Shown: one piece after another, positions 18,151 through 28,217 of the stretch
How positions within the stretch are numbered: position 1 is the first letter of the stretch
Layout: each line of letters begins with the position of its first letter
Assembly (NCBI GenBank): GCA_017522445.1
Contig: JAFWZK010000042.1
Span: 1 to 44,672 of the forward strand
From: Alphaproteobacteria bacterium
Lineage (GTDB): Bacteria; Pseudomonadota; Alphaproteobacteria; Rs-D84
Length of the DNA: 44,672 bases
Reading direction: 5' to 3'
The notes under the pieces: generated by a model
What the model saw: the letters and a program-made list of their open reading frames with translations, nothing else
Databases searched by the model: none
Told to the model about the DNA's origin: nothing
Program-made: the position numbers and the translations under genes

Positions 18151-18621
18151 ATGGAAAAAAAACCAATTTCACGTGCAGGATTTGAAAATCTGCAAAAAGA
18201 ACTGAGGGATTTACAGGAAAATCAAAGACCGGAAATATTGAAAACTGTCCAGTGGGCCAGATCACTGGGGGATTTGTCGGAAAATGCTGATTACAGTGCA
18301 GCAAAAGAACAGCAAAGAAAAATTGATAACAGAATCAGATTTATCGAAGATTTAATCCAAAATGCAAATGTTATAGATGTTGACAGTCTGACAGGAAACA
18401 GGGTGGTGTTCGGGGCACGTGTTATCGCCGAAGATGAAGATGGTAATAAAATGCAATGCCGTATTTTGTCCGATATTGAGTCTGATGGACGGACGGTAAT
18501 TTCATGCACTTCGCCAGTTGGACGGGCCATGATTGGCAAGTGTGTCGGGGATACCTGTATCGTTCGGTTGCCAGGTGGTGAAAAAGAATATGAAATTTTG
18601 GAAGTAAAATTTAAAGAATAG
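18151..18621 (+). CDS. greA: Transcription elongation factor GreA/GreB
   Basis: ARSLGDLSENADYSAAKE, VVFGA, ISCTSPVGRAMIGK; promoter-like TTGCAA-16-TATAAT at 18092-18119. Confidence 0.9.
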   Translation: MEKKPISRAGFENLQKELRDLQENQRPEILKTVQWARSLGDLSENADYSAAKEQQRKIDNRIRFIEDLIQNANVIDVDSLTGNRVVFGARVIAEDEDGNKMQCRILSDIESDGRTVISCTSPVGRAMIGKCVGDTCIVRLPGGEKEYEILEVKFKE

Positions 18622-18630
18622 GACAAATGT

Positions 18631-20385
18631 ATGTCTGTACGCATTCTGCCAGATTTCTTGATTAACCAAATTGCCGCAGGAGAAGTGGTCGAAAGACCTG
18701 CCAGTGTGGTCAAAGAACTGCTGGAAAATGCACTGGATGCGGGGGCAGACCAAATTATGATTGATGTGATTGATGGGGGACGTACGCAGATTACAATCAC
18801 AGATAATGGCTCGGGGATGAGTCGTGATGATTTATGCCGGGCAATTACACGTCATGCAACATCAAAACTGCCCGATGATGATTTGCTGAATATAAACTTT
18901 ATGGGGTTTCGTGGCGAAGCGTTGCCGTCAATTGCGTCTGTGTCCGATATGACAATTGATACATGTAATGGAATTGATGAAAATGGATGGCAAATAGATG
19001 CAACAACCGGTGTCGTGCGGCCGTCTGATTGGGAAAGTGGTACCAGAATTCGGGTGCAGAACCTGTTTGCAAAAACACCCGCAAGATTAAAGTTTTTGCG
19101 TGGCGACAGGGCAGAAATGATGTCCGTGTTAGATGTGGTAAAGCGGTTGGCTATGGCACGGGCAGATGTTGGATTTACACTGAATAATAAATGGCGATTC
19201 CCAAAAAATCAGGATTTGCTGGACAGAATTGTCGCGGTTATGGGCGATGATGTTTTGGGACGTATGCTGGAAATAGATGCTGTGTCAAACAGTTCAAATA
19301 TGAAATTGACCGGATTTATATCTGAACCTACATTGCGGCGGGCGTCCAGTATAGATCAATTCTTGTTTGTAAACGGACGGCCAGTAAAAGACAAGGTGTT
19401 GGTCGGGGCGTTGCGGGCCGCGTATATGGATGTTATGCATGCGCGCGAATTCCCACTGTGTGCGTTATACCTGACGTTGCCGACAAATGCCGTGGATGTT
19501 AATGTGTCACCCGCCAAGACGGATGTGCATTTCCTGGAACCTAATCATGTGCGGTCTTTTATTATCAAGACCCTGCGAGATAGATTGTCACAAACAATGA
19601 TGCCGCAAGTCTATGAACGTAATGAATCAGCCAATGTGCCGGAAATAAATAATCATGGATGTTCAACATTTCGTATGGGGCCAAAAGCCGCCCCAGTTAA
19701 GTTTGATTTTGGTGTAAAAACTGATTTGCAAACTGTGCGTGATGTTTTGTTTCCTTTTATGCCTGAACATCGTGTGGAAATAAACGAAAATCCCGTTCTG
19801 GACAATGCGATTGTTGTGGATTTGCCGCTGGGGCGGGTCATCGGACAGGTGGGAAATAAATATATCATCGCACAAAAAGATGACAATATGGTGATAATTG
19901 ATCAACATGCCGCCCATGAACGTATCACGTATGAAAAATTAAGAAATAATAAGATTAAAACTCAGCCATTATTGACACCGATTGTTGTGAACTTGCGCGA
20001 GGAAGAAGTTAATGCAATTGTCTCAATCGCAGATGAAATGAAACAGTCTGGATTGGTGCTGGACGCGTTCGGTGAAAATGCAATCGCAATTTTTGAAAAA
20101 CCAGCCGATTGGGATTTAGACTGGGAAAAATTATTGAAATCGGTCGCAGATGAAGTGCGTGCAAATGGACACTCGGCACAGTTGGGGGAAAAATTGCACC
20201 TGAAACTGGCAAACTGGGCATGCCATCATTCCGTGCGGGCAGGGCAAAAACTGGACATGATGCAGATGGATGCACTGCTGCGGGATATCGAACAGACAGA
20301 ACGGGGTGGACAATGTAATCATGGACGGCCGGTTTATAAATTTATCCCTATGACAGAAATTGATACCTGGTTCGAAAGATTGTAA
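18631..20385 (+). CDS. mutL: DNA mismatch repair endonuclease MutL
   Basis: IAAGEVVERPASVVKELLEN, GFRGEAL, DQHAAHER, ACH and CNHGRP motifs. Confidence 0.98.
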   Translation: MSVRILPDFLINQIAAGEVVERPASVVKELLENALDAGADQIMIDVIDGGRTQITITDNGSGMSRDDLCRAITRHATSKLPDDDLLNINFMGFRGEALPSIASVSDMTIDTCNGIDENGWQIDATTGVVRPSDWESGTRIRVQNLFAKTPARLKFLRGDRAEMMSVLDVVKRLAMARADVGFTLNNKWRFPKNQDLLDRIVAVMGDDVLGRMLEIDAVSNSSNMKLTGFISEPTLRRASSIDQFLFVNGRPVKDKVLVGALRAAYMDVMHAREFPLCALYLTLPTNAVDVNVSPAKTDVHFLEPNHVRSFIIKTLRDRLSQTMMPQVYERNESANVPEINNHGCSTFRMGPKAAPVKFDFGVKTDLQTVRDVLFPFMPEHRVEINENPVLDNAIVVDLPLGRVIGQVGNKYIIAQKDDNMVIIDQHAAHERITYEKLRNNKIKTQPLLTPIVVNLREEEVNAIVSIADEMKQSGLVLDAFGENAIAIFEKPADWDLDWEKLLKSVADEVRANGHSAQLGEKLHLKLANWACHHSVRAGQKLDMMQMDALLRDIEQTERGGQCNHGRPVYKFIPMTEIDTWFERL

Positions 20386-20457
20386 TTTGTTGTATTTCCG
20401 CTTTACTTTGTTGGGTTTATTTACTAATGTTTGGGTATTAAAGTAAGGAGATTCATA

Positions 20458-20769
20458 ATGGAACAGACAGCAGATGTTGTTAATGTCGCCACACAAAATG
20501 TGCAGGCCGCCCCACAAAATGGGTTCTGGGGATTGGTAATGTACTGTGCTGTGGTGTTTGGAATTATTTACCTGTTTATGGTCAGACCAAATAAAAAGCG
20601 TATGGCGGAATATCAGAAAATGCTGGATTCACTGCAGGTTGGTAATCGCGTTATGGCCGCAGGTATTTATGGAACTGTTAAAAAAATCAACGAAAAATCA
20701 TTGGAAGTCGAAATTGCAAAAGGCGTTGTTATCGAAGTTAATAAAAACGCAGTCGCAATTGCAGAGTAA
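20458..20769 (+). CDS. yajC: Preprotein translocase subunit YajC
   Basis: YLFMVRPNKKR, LQVGNRV..AGIYGTV, VEIAKGV; AGGAG RBS; directly precedes secD. Confidence 0.93.
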   Translation: MEQTADVVNVATQNVQAAPQNGFWGLVMYCAVVFGIIYLFMVRPNKKRMAEYQKMLDSLQVGNRVMAAGIYGTVKKINEKSLEVEIAKGVVIEVNKNAVAIAE

Positions 20770-20788
20770 TAAAAGAAAGGGTTAGGTT

Positions 20789-22351
20789 ATGTTTAAAAAA
20801 CTGGCGATTGTATTTGTGTCGGTGTTTTGTGTGATGTTGTCAATTCCGACAATCGCACCAAGTCTGTCAAAGTTTTTCCCATCATGGATTCAACCAGTGC
20901 CGTTGGGACTGGATTTGAAAGGGGGGGCACAGTTGTTGCTAGAGGTTGATACCGCAACCATGTTAAAAGAAAAGTCAGAGCAACTGTATGAAGAAACACG
21001 CAGTGCTATGATTGACCGAAACAAGGGGGTTATTCGATTCTCGAATCTGAGAAATCACGATGGGGTTGTGTCACTGGTGGTCAGGGATGAAAATCAGGTA
21101 TCCGATGCAAAAGGACGTCTGAAAAGTGTGTTCGCAAATACCGTGGATATCACATCTGATGGAAAAACAATCGAACTGAAGTATTCTGATAAACAAAAAG
21201 AAGAAATGGTGCAAGATGCGCTGGCACGCAGTATAGAAATTGTGCGTCGTCGTATTGATGCGTTGGGAACCAAAGACCCTTCAATTCAAAGCCAGGGCGG
21301 TAAGTATATCTTGATTCAGTTGCCTGGTGTCGATAACCCAGAACGTATCAAAGAATTAATTGGTCAAACCGCAAAAATGACATTCCATTTGGTTAATGAA
21401 TCTGTGTCAATGGAACAGCTGCAGTCAGGGCGTGCACCAAATGGAACTGAGTTTATGCCTTATATGGATATGCCAGAACAAATGGTGCCGGTCTATACCA
21501 GGGTAGAGGTGTCAGGGGATTCGTTAAAGGATTCTCAGGCGGATTTTGATCAGAATAATATGCCGGTTGTGACGACTGTGTTTGATGCCAGTGGTGCACG
21601 TAAGTTTGCAAAACTGACAACAGAACATGTTAATGAACGCTTTGCAATTGTGCTGGACGGCAAAGTTTTATCTGCACCAACAATTCGTGAACCTATCCCA
21701 GGTGGACGTGGGCAGATTTCAGGGGGATTTTCATTACAAGGTGCCAAGGATTTGGCCGTGCTGCTGAGAAGTGGTGCGTTGCCCGCCCCATTGCAGGTTA
21801 TCGAAGAACGTACGGTCGGGGCCGGACTGGGGGCAGATACGATTGAACAGGGAAAGGTTGGTGCAATCGCAGGTGTAATATTTATCTTTATATTCCTGTT
21901 TATGGTATATCGTGGCTTTGGTGTTATTGCAGGTATCGCGTTGATGGTTAACCTGGGGATGATTGTTGGGGTGACCGCTTTGTTCGGGGCGACACTGACG
22001 TTGCCGGGTATTGCAGGTATCGTGTTGACGTTGGGTATGGCGGTGGACGCAAACGTATTGCCGTTTGAACGTGTTCGTGACGAGGTGCGTAGTGGTGTAC
22101 CGACCCTGCGTGCCGTGAATATGGGATTTGATAGGGCGATGAAAACCGTCTTGGATGGAAACTTGACCACACTGATTTGTGCGTTGGTGCTGTTCCAATT
22201 CGGTGCGGGACCAATTCGTGGATTTGCCGTAACACTGTCAATCGGTATTTTGACAACACTGTTTACATGCGTATGTCTGACCAGGGTTCTGGTTGATTGG
22301 TATATGAACGGTAAAAACAAAAAAATTGGCTTTATCGGTGGTAAAAAATAA
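20789..22351 (+). CDS. secD: Protein translocase subunit SecD
   Basis: LGLDLKGG, RRRIDALG, AIVLDG, LRSGALP, TLPGIAG, GMAVDANV. Confidence 0.97.
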   Translation: MFKKLAIVFVSVFCVMLSIPTIAPSLSKFFPSWIQPVPLGLDLKGGAQLLLEVDTATMLKEKSEQLYEETRSAMIDRNKGVIRFSNLRNHDGVVSLVVRDENQVSDAKGRLKSVFANTVDITSDGKTIELKYSDKQKEEMVQDALARSIEIVRRRIDALGTKDPSIQSQGGKYILIQLPGVDNPERIKELIGQTAKMTFHLVNESVSMEQLQSGRAPNGTEFMPYMDMPEQMVPVYTRVEVSGDSLKDSQADFDQNNMPVVTTVFDASGARKFAKLTTEHVNERFAIVLDGKVLSAPTIREPIPGGRGQISGGFSLQGAKDLAVLLRSGALPAPLQVIEERTVGAGLGADTIEQGKVGAIAGVIFIFIFLFMVYRGFGVIAGIALMVNLGMIVGVTALFGATLTLPGIAGIVLTLGMAVDANVLPFERVRDEVRSGVPTLRAVNMGFDRAMKTVLDGNLTTLICALVLFQFGAGPIRGFAVTLSIGILTTLFTCVCLTRVLVDWYMNGKNKKIGFIGGKK

Positions 22352-22374
22352 GAATGCAAAAAGGGGTAAGGATT

Positions 22375-23241
22375 ATGAAACTGCATTTTATGAAATATCG
22401 TAAGTTGGCGTATATTATTTCGGGGGCTTTGATTTTGCTGTCGGTGGTGTCGCTGATGTTCCGTGGATTGAATTATGGAATTGACTTCTCTGGTGGTATC
22501 TCGATGGAGGTAAAACCAGTGGTTGAAAATTATGGCGTAGAGAATATGCGTGTCGCACTGCAGGAATTTAGCCCAGAACTGCAAGAGGTTGATGGGGATG
22601 CGATTTTGATACGTTTGGGACTGCCCAAGGGGGCAACCGATACAGAACAAAATGAACGTGTGGCACAGATAAAAAATATTCTGGGCGACAAGGTTCAGTA
22701 TGAACAGGTTCAGGTTGTTGGGCCAAAAATCGGGGGCGAGTTGGTTCGGGGTGGTATCTTGGCCATACTGTTCGCGTTCGTTATGATGGCGATTTATGTT
22801 TGGATTCGATACAAAGGCGGGTATGCAATCGGGGCGTTTTGTTCGTTGTTCCTGGACTTTGTGTTGATGTTTGGATTCTTTTCAGTCGTTGGGTTGGAAA
22901 TTAATCAGACAGCAATTGCTGTTATTTTGACAGGTATTGGTTATTCCATTAATGACAAGATTGTTAACTATGACAGAATTGACGAAAATGTGAAAAAATA
23001 TCACAAAATGCCTATGACCGATTTGATTGACCTGTCGGTGAATGAAATGCTGCGGCGTACAATGCTGACCAGTGTTTCAACACTGTTGGCGATGATTGGA
23101 TTGCTGATATTCGGTGGTCAGGTGTTGCGTGATTTCTCAATCGCTATGATTTTCAGTGTTATTATGGGAACGTTTACCAGTATCTATATATCCAATATGA
23201 TACTGTATAACTTTAACCTGCGTGATACAGACGAAAAATAA
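22375..23241 (+). CDS. secF: Protein translocase subunit SecF
   Basis: GLNYGIDFSGG, VGPKIG, IGYSIND, RTMLTS, GTFTSIYI; alternative start at 22354. Confidence 0.96.
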   Translation: MKLHFMKYRKLAYIISGALILLSVVSLMFRGLNYGIDFSGGISMEVKPVVENYGVENMRVALQEFSPELQEVDGDAILIRLGLPKGATDTEQNERVAQIKNILGDKVQYEQVQVVGPKIGGELVRGGILAILFAFVMMAIYVWIRYKGGYAIGAFCSLFLDFVLMFGFFSVVGLEINQTAIAVILTGIGYSINDKIVNYDRIDENVKKYHKMPMTDLIDLSVNEMLRRTMLTSVSTLLAMIGLLIFGGQVLRDFSIAMIFSVIMGTFTSIYISNMILYNFNLRDTDEK

Positions 23242-23278
23242 TCGGGTACAGGCCGCAACCAAGAGGAGGGATAAAACA

Positions 23279-24784
23279 ATGGGAATAAAAAAATTCTGTG
23301 TTTGGATTATGTTTGTCTTGGGGGCGGTGGTGCCGTGTTTGGCAGAAGGGTTGTTCTTTGAAGATGAACCTGTGCAAGATGGATTGCCGGTTTTTGAAAT
23401 GTCAGAAACCTTTGCCGAGATTTATCAGAAATTAGATGATGTAAACTGGGCGGGTAAGGGGCTGAATATTGCAATCGAAAGTCTGGAAAATCTGAATAAA
23501 TCTGCACATGTTGCCGCCACAGATGAACGGGTGGTGCTGGTTTGGGGGGACAGTATTATCGCAAATTATCCAAGACCAGATGAAAATGACTGGTACGGGT
23601 TCGGCGAAATTACAACTGCTTTGATATTAAAAATGCGTGCAAATGACCCATACCTGCGTAATATGAGTGAAAGTGAAACATATCAGGCGGTTGTTGATAC
23701 ACTGATACGCGGTGTTGATGAAAATGGACGCTATATCTTTTCAAAAGCGGCAGAAATCGCCGATGACAGCAGAATACTGACCAGTGTCGGTGTCGAAGGA
23801 ATGCGGGATGAACGTGGAAACTGGCGGGTAAGCGGTGTGTATAAAGGTGGGCCTGCCGATAATGCGGGAATTCATGCGGGGGATTTAATCGTACAGATAA
23901 ATGGTGCGAATGTTCGTGATATGACAGATGCTGATTTGGCCGCAGTGATAAGTGGTTTTAACTCTGGTACCGCCAAGATTAAGCTGTTGACACCAACAGG
24001 TGAAAAAGACGTTGTCCTGAGGCGGGCAACAATCGTCCTGACTGATGCGGATGTTATTTATCGTGACGATAAATCTGGTGGAATCCTGGAAATTGTAGTG
24101 CATAGGGTTTCGGATAATGCCGCCGCCGTCGTAAACGAGGCCTTGGCACGATATCAAGATGTTGCAGGGATTATTCTGGATTTGCGGGTGGCAACCGGTG
24201 ATGACGAGCGGGCAGCAGCAAAATTGGGCGGATTGTTTGTTGGCCAGATGCCTGTTATGCGAATTGTAGAAACCGCCAAGGAAGAAGTAGAAGTTGTCCC
24301 AGGTGCTGATGCGGTAACAGATGTGCCTGTTGTGGTATTGATGTCTGATTATACACGTGGTACGGCCGAGGCACTGGTTGCGGTATTCTATGAAAATGGC
24401 CGTGGGGTGTTGGTTGGAACGCCAACCGCAGGAACTGCACGAATTGCGTCACGCATAGATTTAAATAATGGGGGTGCATTAGAACTGCTGAACAAGTCTG
24501 TTAAAACTGGTCAGGGGGGCATAATAGATGGACGTGGACTGTTTCCAATTGTATGCCTGTCCAATATCAGAACAAATCAACAGCAAAATGCATTTTTCTT
24601 GAACGTGATAAATAATCAATTTAATGCTGTGGACTTTAATAAACAGTTGGATATAAAGGCCGATGATATTCGTGCAGCGTGCCCGGTTATTGTCAGTGGA
24701 ACAGATGAAGACAAGGTGGCCGTGGCTGTGGCTGTGCAAATCTTGACCGATAAAAAGGTTTATAACAGGTTATTGGCCGAGTAA
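23279..24784 (+). CDS. Exported PDZ + S41 (CtpA/Prc-like) protein, catalytic residues apparently lost
   Basis: Signal peptide; PDZ motif GPADNAGIHAGDLIVQING; GIILDLR, PVVVL, TRGTAE and GTPTAG align with S41 motifs; GAGGAGG RBS. Confidence 0.75.
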   Translation: MGIKKFCVWIMFVLGAVVPCLAEGLFFEDEPVQDGLPVFEMSETFAEIYQKLDDVNWAGKGLNIAIESLENLNKSAHVAATDERVVLVWGDSIIANYPRPDENDWYGFGEITTALILKMRANDPYLRNMSESETYQAVVDTLIRGVDENGRYIFSKAAEIADDSRILTSVGVEGMRDERGNWRVSGVYKGGPADNAGIHAGDLIVQINGANVRDMTDADLAAVISGFNSGTAKIKLLTPTGEKDVVLRRATIVLTDADVIYRDDKSGGILEIVVHRVSDNAAAVVNEALARYQDVAGIILDLRVATGDDERAAAKLGGLFVGQMPVMRIVETAKEEVEVVPGADAVTDVPVVVLMSDYTRGTAEALVAVFYENGRGVLVGTPTAGTARIASRIDLNNGGALELLNKSVKTGQGGIIDGRGLFPIVCLSNIRTNQQQNAFFLNVINNQFNAVDFNKQLDIKADDIRAACPVIVSGTDEDKVAVAVAVQILTDKKVYNRLLAE

Positions 24785-24804
24785 TTTTGATAAGGGGTGT
24801 GAAT

Positions 24805-25485
24805 ATGTTTTTAACAAAAGATAATCAAATTAAATGGAATAAAATTATATCGGGGGCGGGTATTGTTGCCGTTCTGATGTTTTTCGGTATCGTATGGTTT
24901 GATAAACCACTGTTTGTGTGGTTGCGTGATTTTGATTGTCGGATGTGGTGGTTTTTTGATCAGATTTTTTCAGCAAAAAATTGGATTTTTGTGGCAGCAG
25001 TTGCCGCGGTGTTCTTTTGTGTGAAAAAATGCGTAAAAACAGATTGCAGTTTCTTGAAATGTGCAAACAAGGTTAAGATAAAGGTTTTTTTGCGGGATTT
25101 TTTCGTAAAAACAAAGACAAGTAATGCGTTTTTAATACTTTACAGCGTATTAGGGGCCAGCTTGGTGGTTGCTGTGTTAAAGGTTCTGATTGGGCGGGCC
25201 AGACCAATATTTTACGAGGCCTTGGGAATGACGGGTTTTTTCCCGCCGTCAACAGAATGGGCATTTAATTCTATGCCGTCTGGTCATACGGCGGTCAGTT
25301 TTGCAGGACTGGTTATGATTGGGATGTTGGCACCACGATTTAAGCCGCTGACGTGGATGCTGGCGATTTTAATTGGTTTTTCGCGGGTGGCATATGGGGC
25401 ACATTGGCCAACAGATGTTATTTTTGGGGCGTTTATCGGTATGGTTGTGGCCGATATTGTCAAAGGTATGTTAAGAAGGTCTTGA
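24805..25485 (+). CDS. PAP2-family membrane phosphatase (LpxE/PgpB-like)
   Basis: KVLIGRARP, PSGH and SRVAYGAHWPTD motifs. Confidence 0.9.
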   Translation: MFLTKDNQIKWNKIISGAGIVAVLMFFGIVWFDKPLFVWLRDFDCRMWWFFDQIFSAKNWIFVAAVAAVFFCVKKCVKTDCSFLKCANKVKIKVFLRDFFVKTKTSNAFLILYSVLGASLVVAVLKVLIGRARPIFYEALGMTGFFPPSTEWAFNSMPSGHTAVSFAGLVMIGMLAPRFKPLTWMLAILIGFSRVAYGAHWPTDVIFGAFIGMVVADIVKGMLRRS

Positions 25486-25488
25486 ATT

Positions 25489-25512
25489 ATCCCCAGCTTG
25501 GGGATTTTTTTT
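25489..25512 (+). terminator. Intrinsic terminator
   Basis: ATCCCCA-GCT-TGGGGAT followed by a T run. Confidence 0.8.
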
Positions 25513-25573
25513 GTTAAATATTGTTCTGGGACGTTTGTGTTTTTGTGAATTTTATGATAAAATACATGCTGAT

Positions 25574-27859
25574 ATGGCAGGAAAATCAAATTTTTTACCA
25601 AAAAGTATAGCAGAATCTTTGCGATGGCTGATGGGCCGTGTGTTTGGTGCCGCTGTTTGTGGGGTGGGACTGTGGGCCGTGTTTACATTGTTGTTTTTTG
25701 ATTCGAAATTGGCGGGTTTTGGCGTGGCCAGTACCTTTGGAGAACATTCGGTGATGGGGTATTTGGTTGCTATGTTGAAGTATGCAATTGGATGGGTTCC
25801 AGGATTTTTTGTTTTATTGTGTATTGTGCGGTGGGGTTTTTTGAAACTGATTGGATTTAATGCCGATGTGGCACCAGAATATAATTTGTTGCGCGGATTT
25901 ATCGCAGTGTGTCTGGGAACCGTTGGGTTTGGCGTTGTTTCAACCAGTTCTGCCTTTGGTGGTATGTTTGGTGCAATTGCAGTGGCTGATTTGGAAAACG
26001 TGTTTGGCGATTTGGTATTGGTTTTTGGAATTGCATGTATGTTGGGCTTTTTTGTGATGGCGGGTATGCTGTTGCATATTAAATGGTCGCATGTGCGTGG
26101 GGCAATGCGTATATTTGTGCGTTGTTTGCGGTGGGTAGGGTCCGCATTTCATTTGGTGGGCGCACCAACCGAGGTGTGTGACGCTGGAAACAAAGTGGCC
26201 AGTGATGATGATAAGGCCGAGCAAGCCAAAATATCGACAGAATCTGAGTCCGGGGTACAAAAAAAACGGGGCGGATTGTTGGGACGACGTAAAAAACAGG
26301 CGGCGACACCTGTGGCCGCGGTGGTGGCCAATACCACAATGCCAAATACAGCACAGGCATATTCTGTCTATCGATTGCCCGATACCAGTCTGTTGGAATA
26401 TTCCAAGGCGGCAAAGTATGCCGTCACGCCCGAATTGATGCAAAATGCACGTTCAATAGAAACCCATTTTGCAGAATATGGGGTTTTTGGCAAGGTCGTG
26501 GGTATTAAACCAGGCCCAGTTGTTACGTTGTACGAGTTCGAGCCAGAGCCAGGACAACGTATCGCAGATATCAGTAAAACAGGCAAAGATATGACACGTG
26601 CAATGGCGGTGGAAAACTTCCGTATCGCACTGATGCCAAAGTCAAATTATCTGGGTGTGGAAATGGCAAATATCAAGCGTCAGGTCGTGCGATATCGCGG
26701 CCTGATGGAAGACGAGATGTTTGTCCAGTCTAAATATAAAATCCCACTGGCTTTGGGGGTAAATATTGGTGGACATCCTATGTATTTTGACCTGGCGAAA
26801 ATGCCACATATGATGATTGCAGGGCGTACAGGGTCCGGTAAGTCTGTGTTCGTGCAATCTATTATCACATCAATCGTTTATCATTTTACACCAGATAAAT
26901 GTAAACTGATGATTATTGACCCAAAAGGGGTGGACTTTGGGTTCTGGGACAATATCCCGCACCTGATTACACCAATCGTTAAACTGGAACCCCAGCCGGC
27001 AATTAATGCACTGAAATGGGCCGTGCGGGAAATGGAAGAACGTTATAAACGACTGGGGCAATTGAACGCACGTAATATCGAAAGTTATAATGAAATTATG
27101 GCACAAAAACGTGACAGCGGGGAAAGATTAACCAAACAGGTCGCTGTGGGAACAGACCCAGAAACGGGTGAACTGATGTTCGAAACCCAGCAAGTTGATA
27201 TGTCTGATATGCCATATCTGGTAATCATTATTGACGAGGTGGCCGACCTGATGGCGGTCGCAAAAAAAGAAGTGGAACTGTGTGTGCAACGTATCGCACA
27301 AAAGGCACGTGCCGCAGGTATTCACTTAATCATGGCAACCCAGCGACCAGACGCAACAATTATCACAGGTGTTATCAAGGCAAACTTTCCAACACGCGTA
27401 TCGTTCCAGGCCGCCAGCCGTTTCGACAGTATGACATCCCTGGGGGCAGGTGGGGCAGAACAACTGTTGGCAATGGGCGATATGTTGTTCAGCGAAGGTG
27501 GGCATGCCGCTGTGCGTATACATGGGGCCTTTATCAGTGATGATGAATTAACAAAAATTGGGGACTTTCTGCGTTCACAAGGCGAACCAGAATATACCGA
27601 AGGGGTTACCGCAGGTGAAGACGATGGTGGTTCTGTAATCCCAGGTTTGCCCGGTGCAATTGGTGGCGGTGGTGCCAAAGATGACCTGTACGAGCAGGCC
27701 AAGGAAATCGTCATTCGTGATAAAAAACCAACAATTTCATATCTGCAACGCCGTCTGGGGGTTGGTTATAACAGGGCCGCTGGATTTATCGAACGCATGG
27801 AACAAGATGGAATCCTGTCGGGACCTGATGCAAAAAATAAACGCCAAATACTGGTTTAA
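25574..27859 (+). CDS. ftsK: DNA translocase FtsK
   Basis: N-terminal TM region, GPVVTLYE, AGRTGSGKS, IIIDEVADLM, ARAAGIHLIMATQRP, gamma domain SYLQRRLGVGYNRA. Confidence 0.98.
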   Translation: MAGKSNFLPKSIAESLRWLMGRVFGAAVCGVGLWAVFTLLFFDSKLAGFGVASTFGEHSVMGYLVAMLKYAIGWVPGFFVLLCIVRWGFLKLIGFNADVAPEYNLLRGFIAVCLGTVGFGVVSTSSAFGGMFGAIAVADLENVFGDLVLVFGIACMLGFFVMAGMLLHIKWSHVRGAMRIFVRCLRWVGSAFHLVGAPTEVCDAGNKVASDDDKAEQAKISTESESGVQKKRGGLLGRRKKQAATPVAAVVANTTMPNTAQAYSVYRLPDTSLLEYSKAAKYAVTPELMQNARSIETHFAEYGVFGKVVGIKPGPVVTLYEFEPEPGQRIADISKTGKDMTRAMAVENFRIALMPKSNYLGVEMANIKRQVVRYRGLMEDEMFVQSKYKIPLALGVNIGGHPMYFDLAKMPHMMIAGRTGSGKSVFVQSIITSIVYHFTPDKCKLMIIDPKGVDFGFWDNIPHLITPIVKLEPQPAINALKWAVREMEERYKRLGQLNARNIESYNEIMAQKRDSGERLTKQVAVGTDPETGELMFETQQVDMSDMPYLVIIIDEVADLMAVAKKEVELCVQRIAQKARAAGIHLIMATQRPDATIITGVIKANFPTRVSFQAASRFDSMTSLGAGGAEQLLAMGDMLFSEGGHAAVRIHGAFISDDELTKIGDFLRSQGEPEYTEGVTAGEDDGGSVIPGLPGAIGGGGAKDDLYEQAKEIVIRDKKPTISYLQRRLGVGYNRAAGFIERMEQDGILSGPDAKNKRQILV

Positions 27860-28168
27860 ATTAAATCTAATGGCATATCTGCAAGTGAACCCGCCAGTTT
27901 ATGTAGCGTCTGTACACCGCACTGGCGGGTTCATCTTGCATCTGTGCCATTATCTTTAATTTAACGCATCTGATGGGCAGGGGGGTATGTAGCGTTATGT
28001 ACACTACGATGTCGCCCCCATCCCGTATCTATACCATTATCTTTAATTTAATGCATCTGACGGGCATGGGGGCTTATGTAGCGTTATGTACACTGCACTG
28101 GCGGGTTCATCTTGCATCTATACCATTATCTTTAATTTAACGCATCCGATGGGTGGGGGTGTTTTTTT
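27856..28168. repeat. Array 2 of the same structured palindromic repeat family (3 units plus a partial fourth, period 86-89 nt)
   Basis: Cores at 27901-27920, 27987-28007 and 28076-28096; linker CCATTATCTTTAATTTAA(C/T)GCATC(T/C)GA occurs three times; 109-nt hairpin at 27856-27964. Confidence 0.95.
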
Positions 28169-28217
28169 ACTTTTATATGCTCTGATTTTGTGATAAAATT
28201 ATCTTGATAGAGAGAAT

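Noticed and set aside
27975-27982. KOPS-like GGGCAGGG and a possible dif site next to ftsK
   Set aside because: A single octamer inside a G-rich repeat arm; no XerC/XerD 11-6-11 dif consensus found nearby
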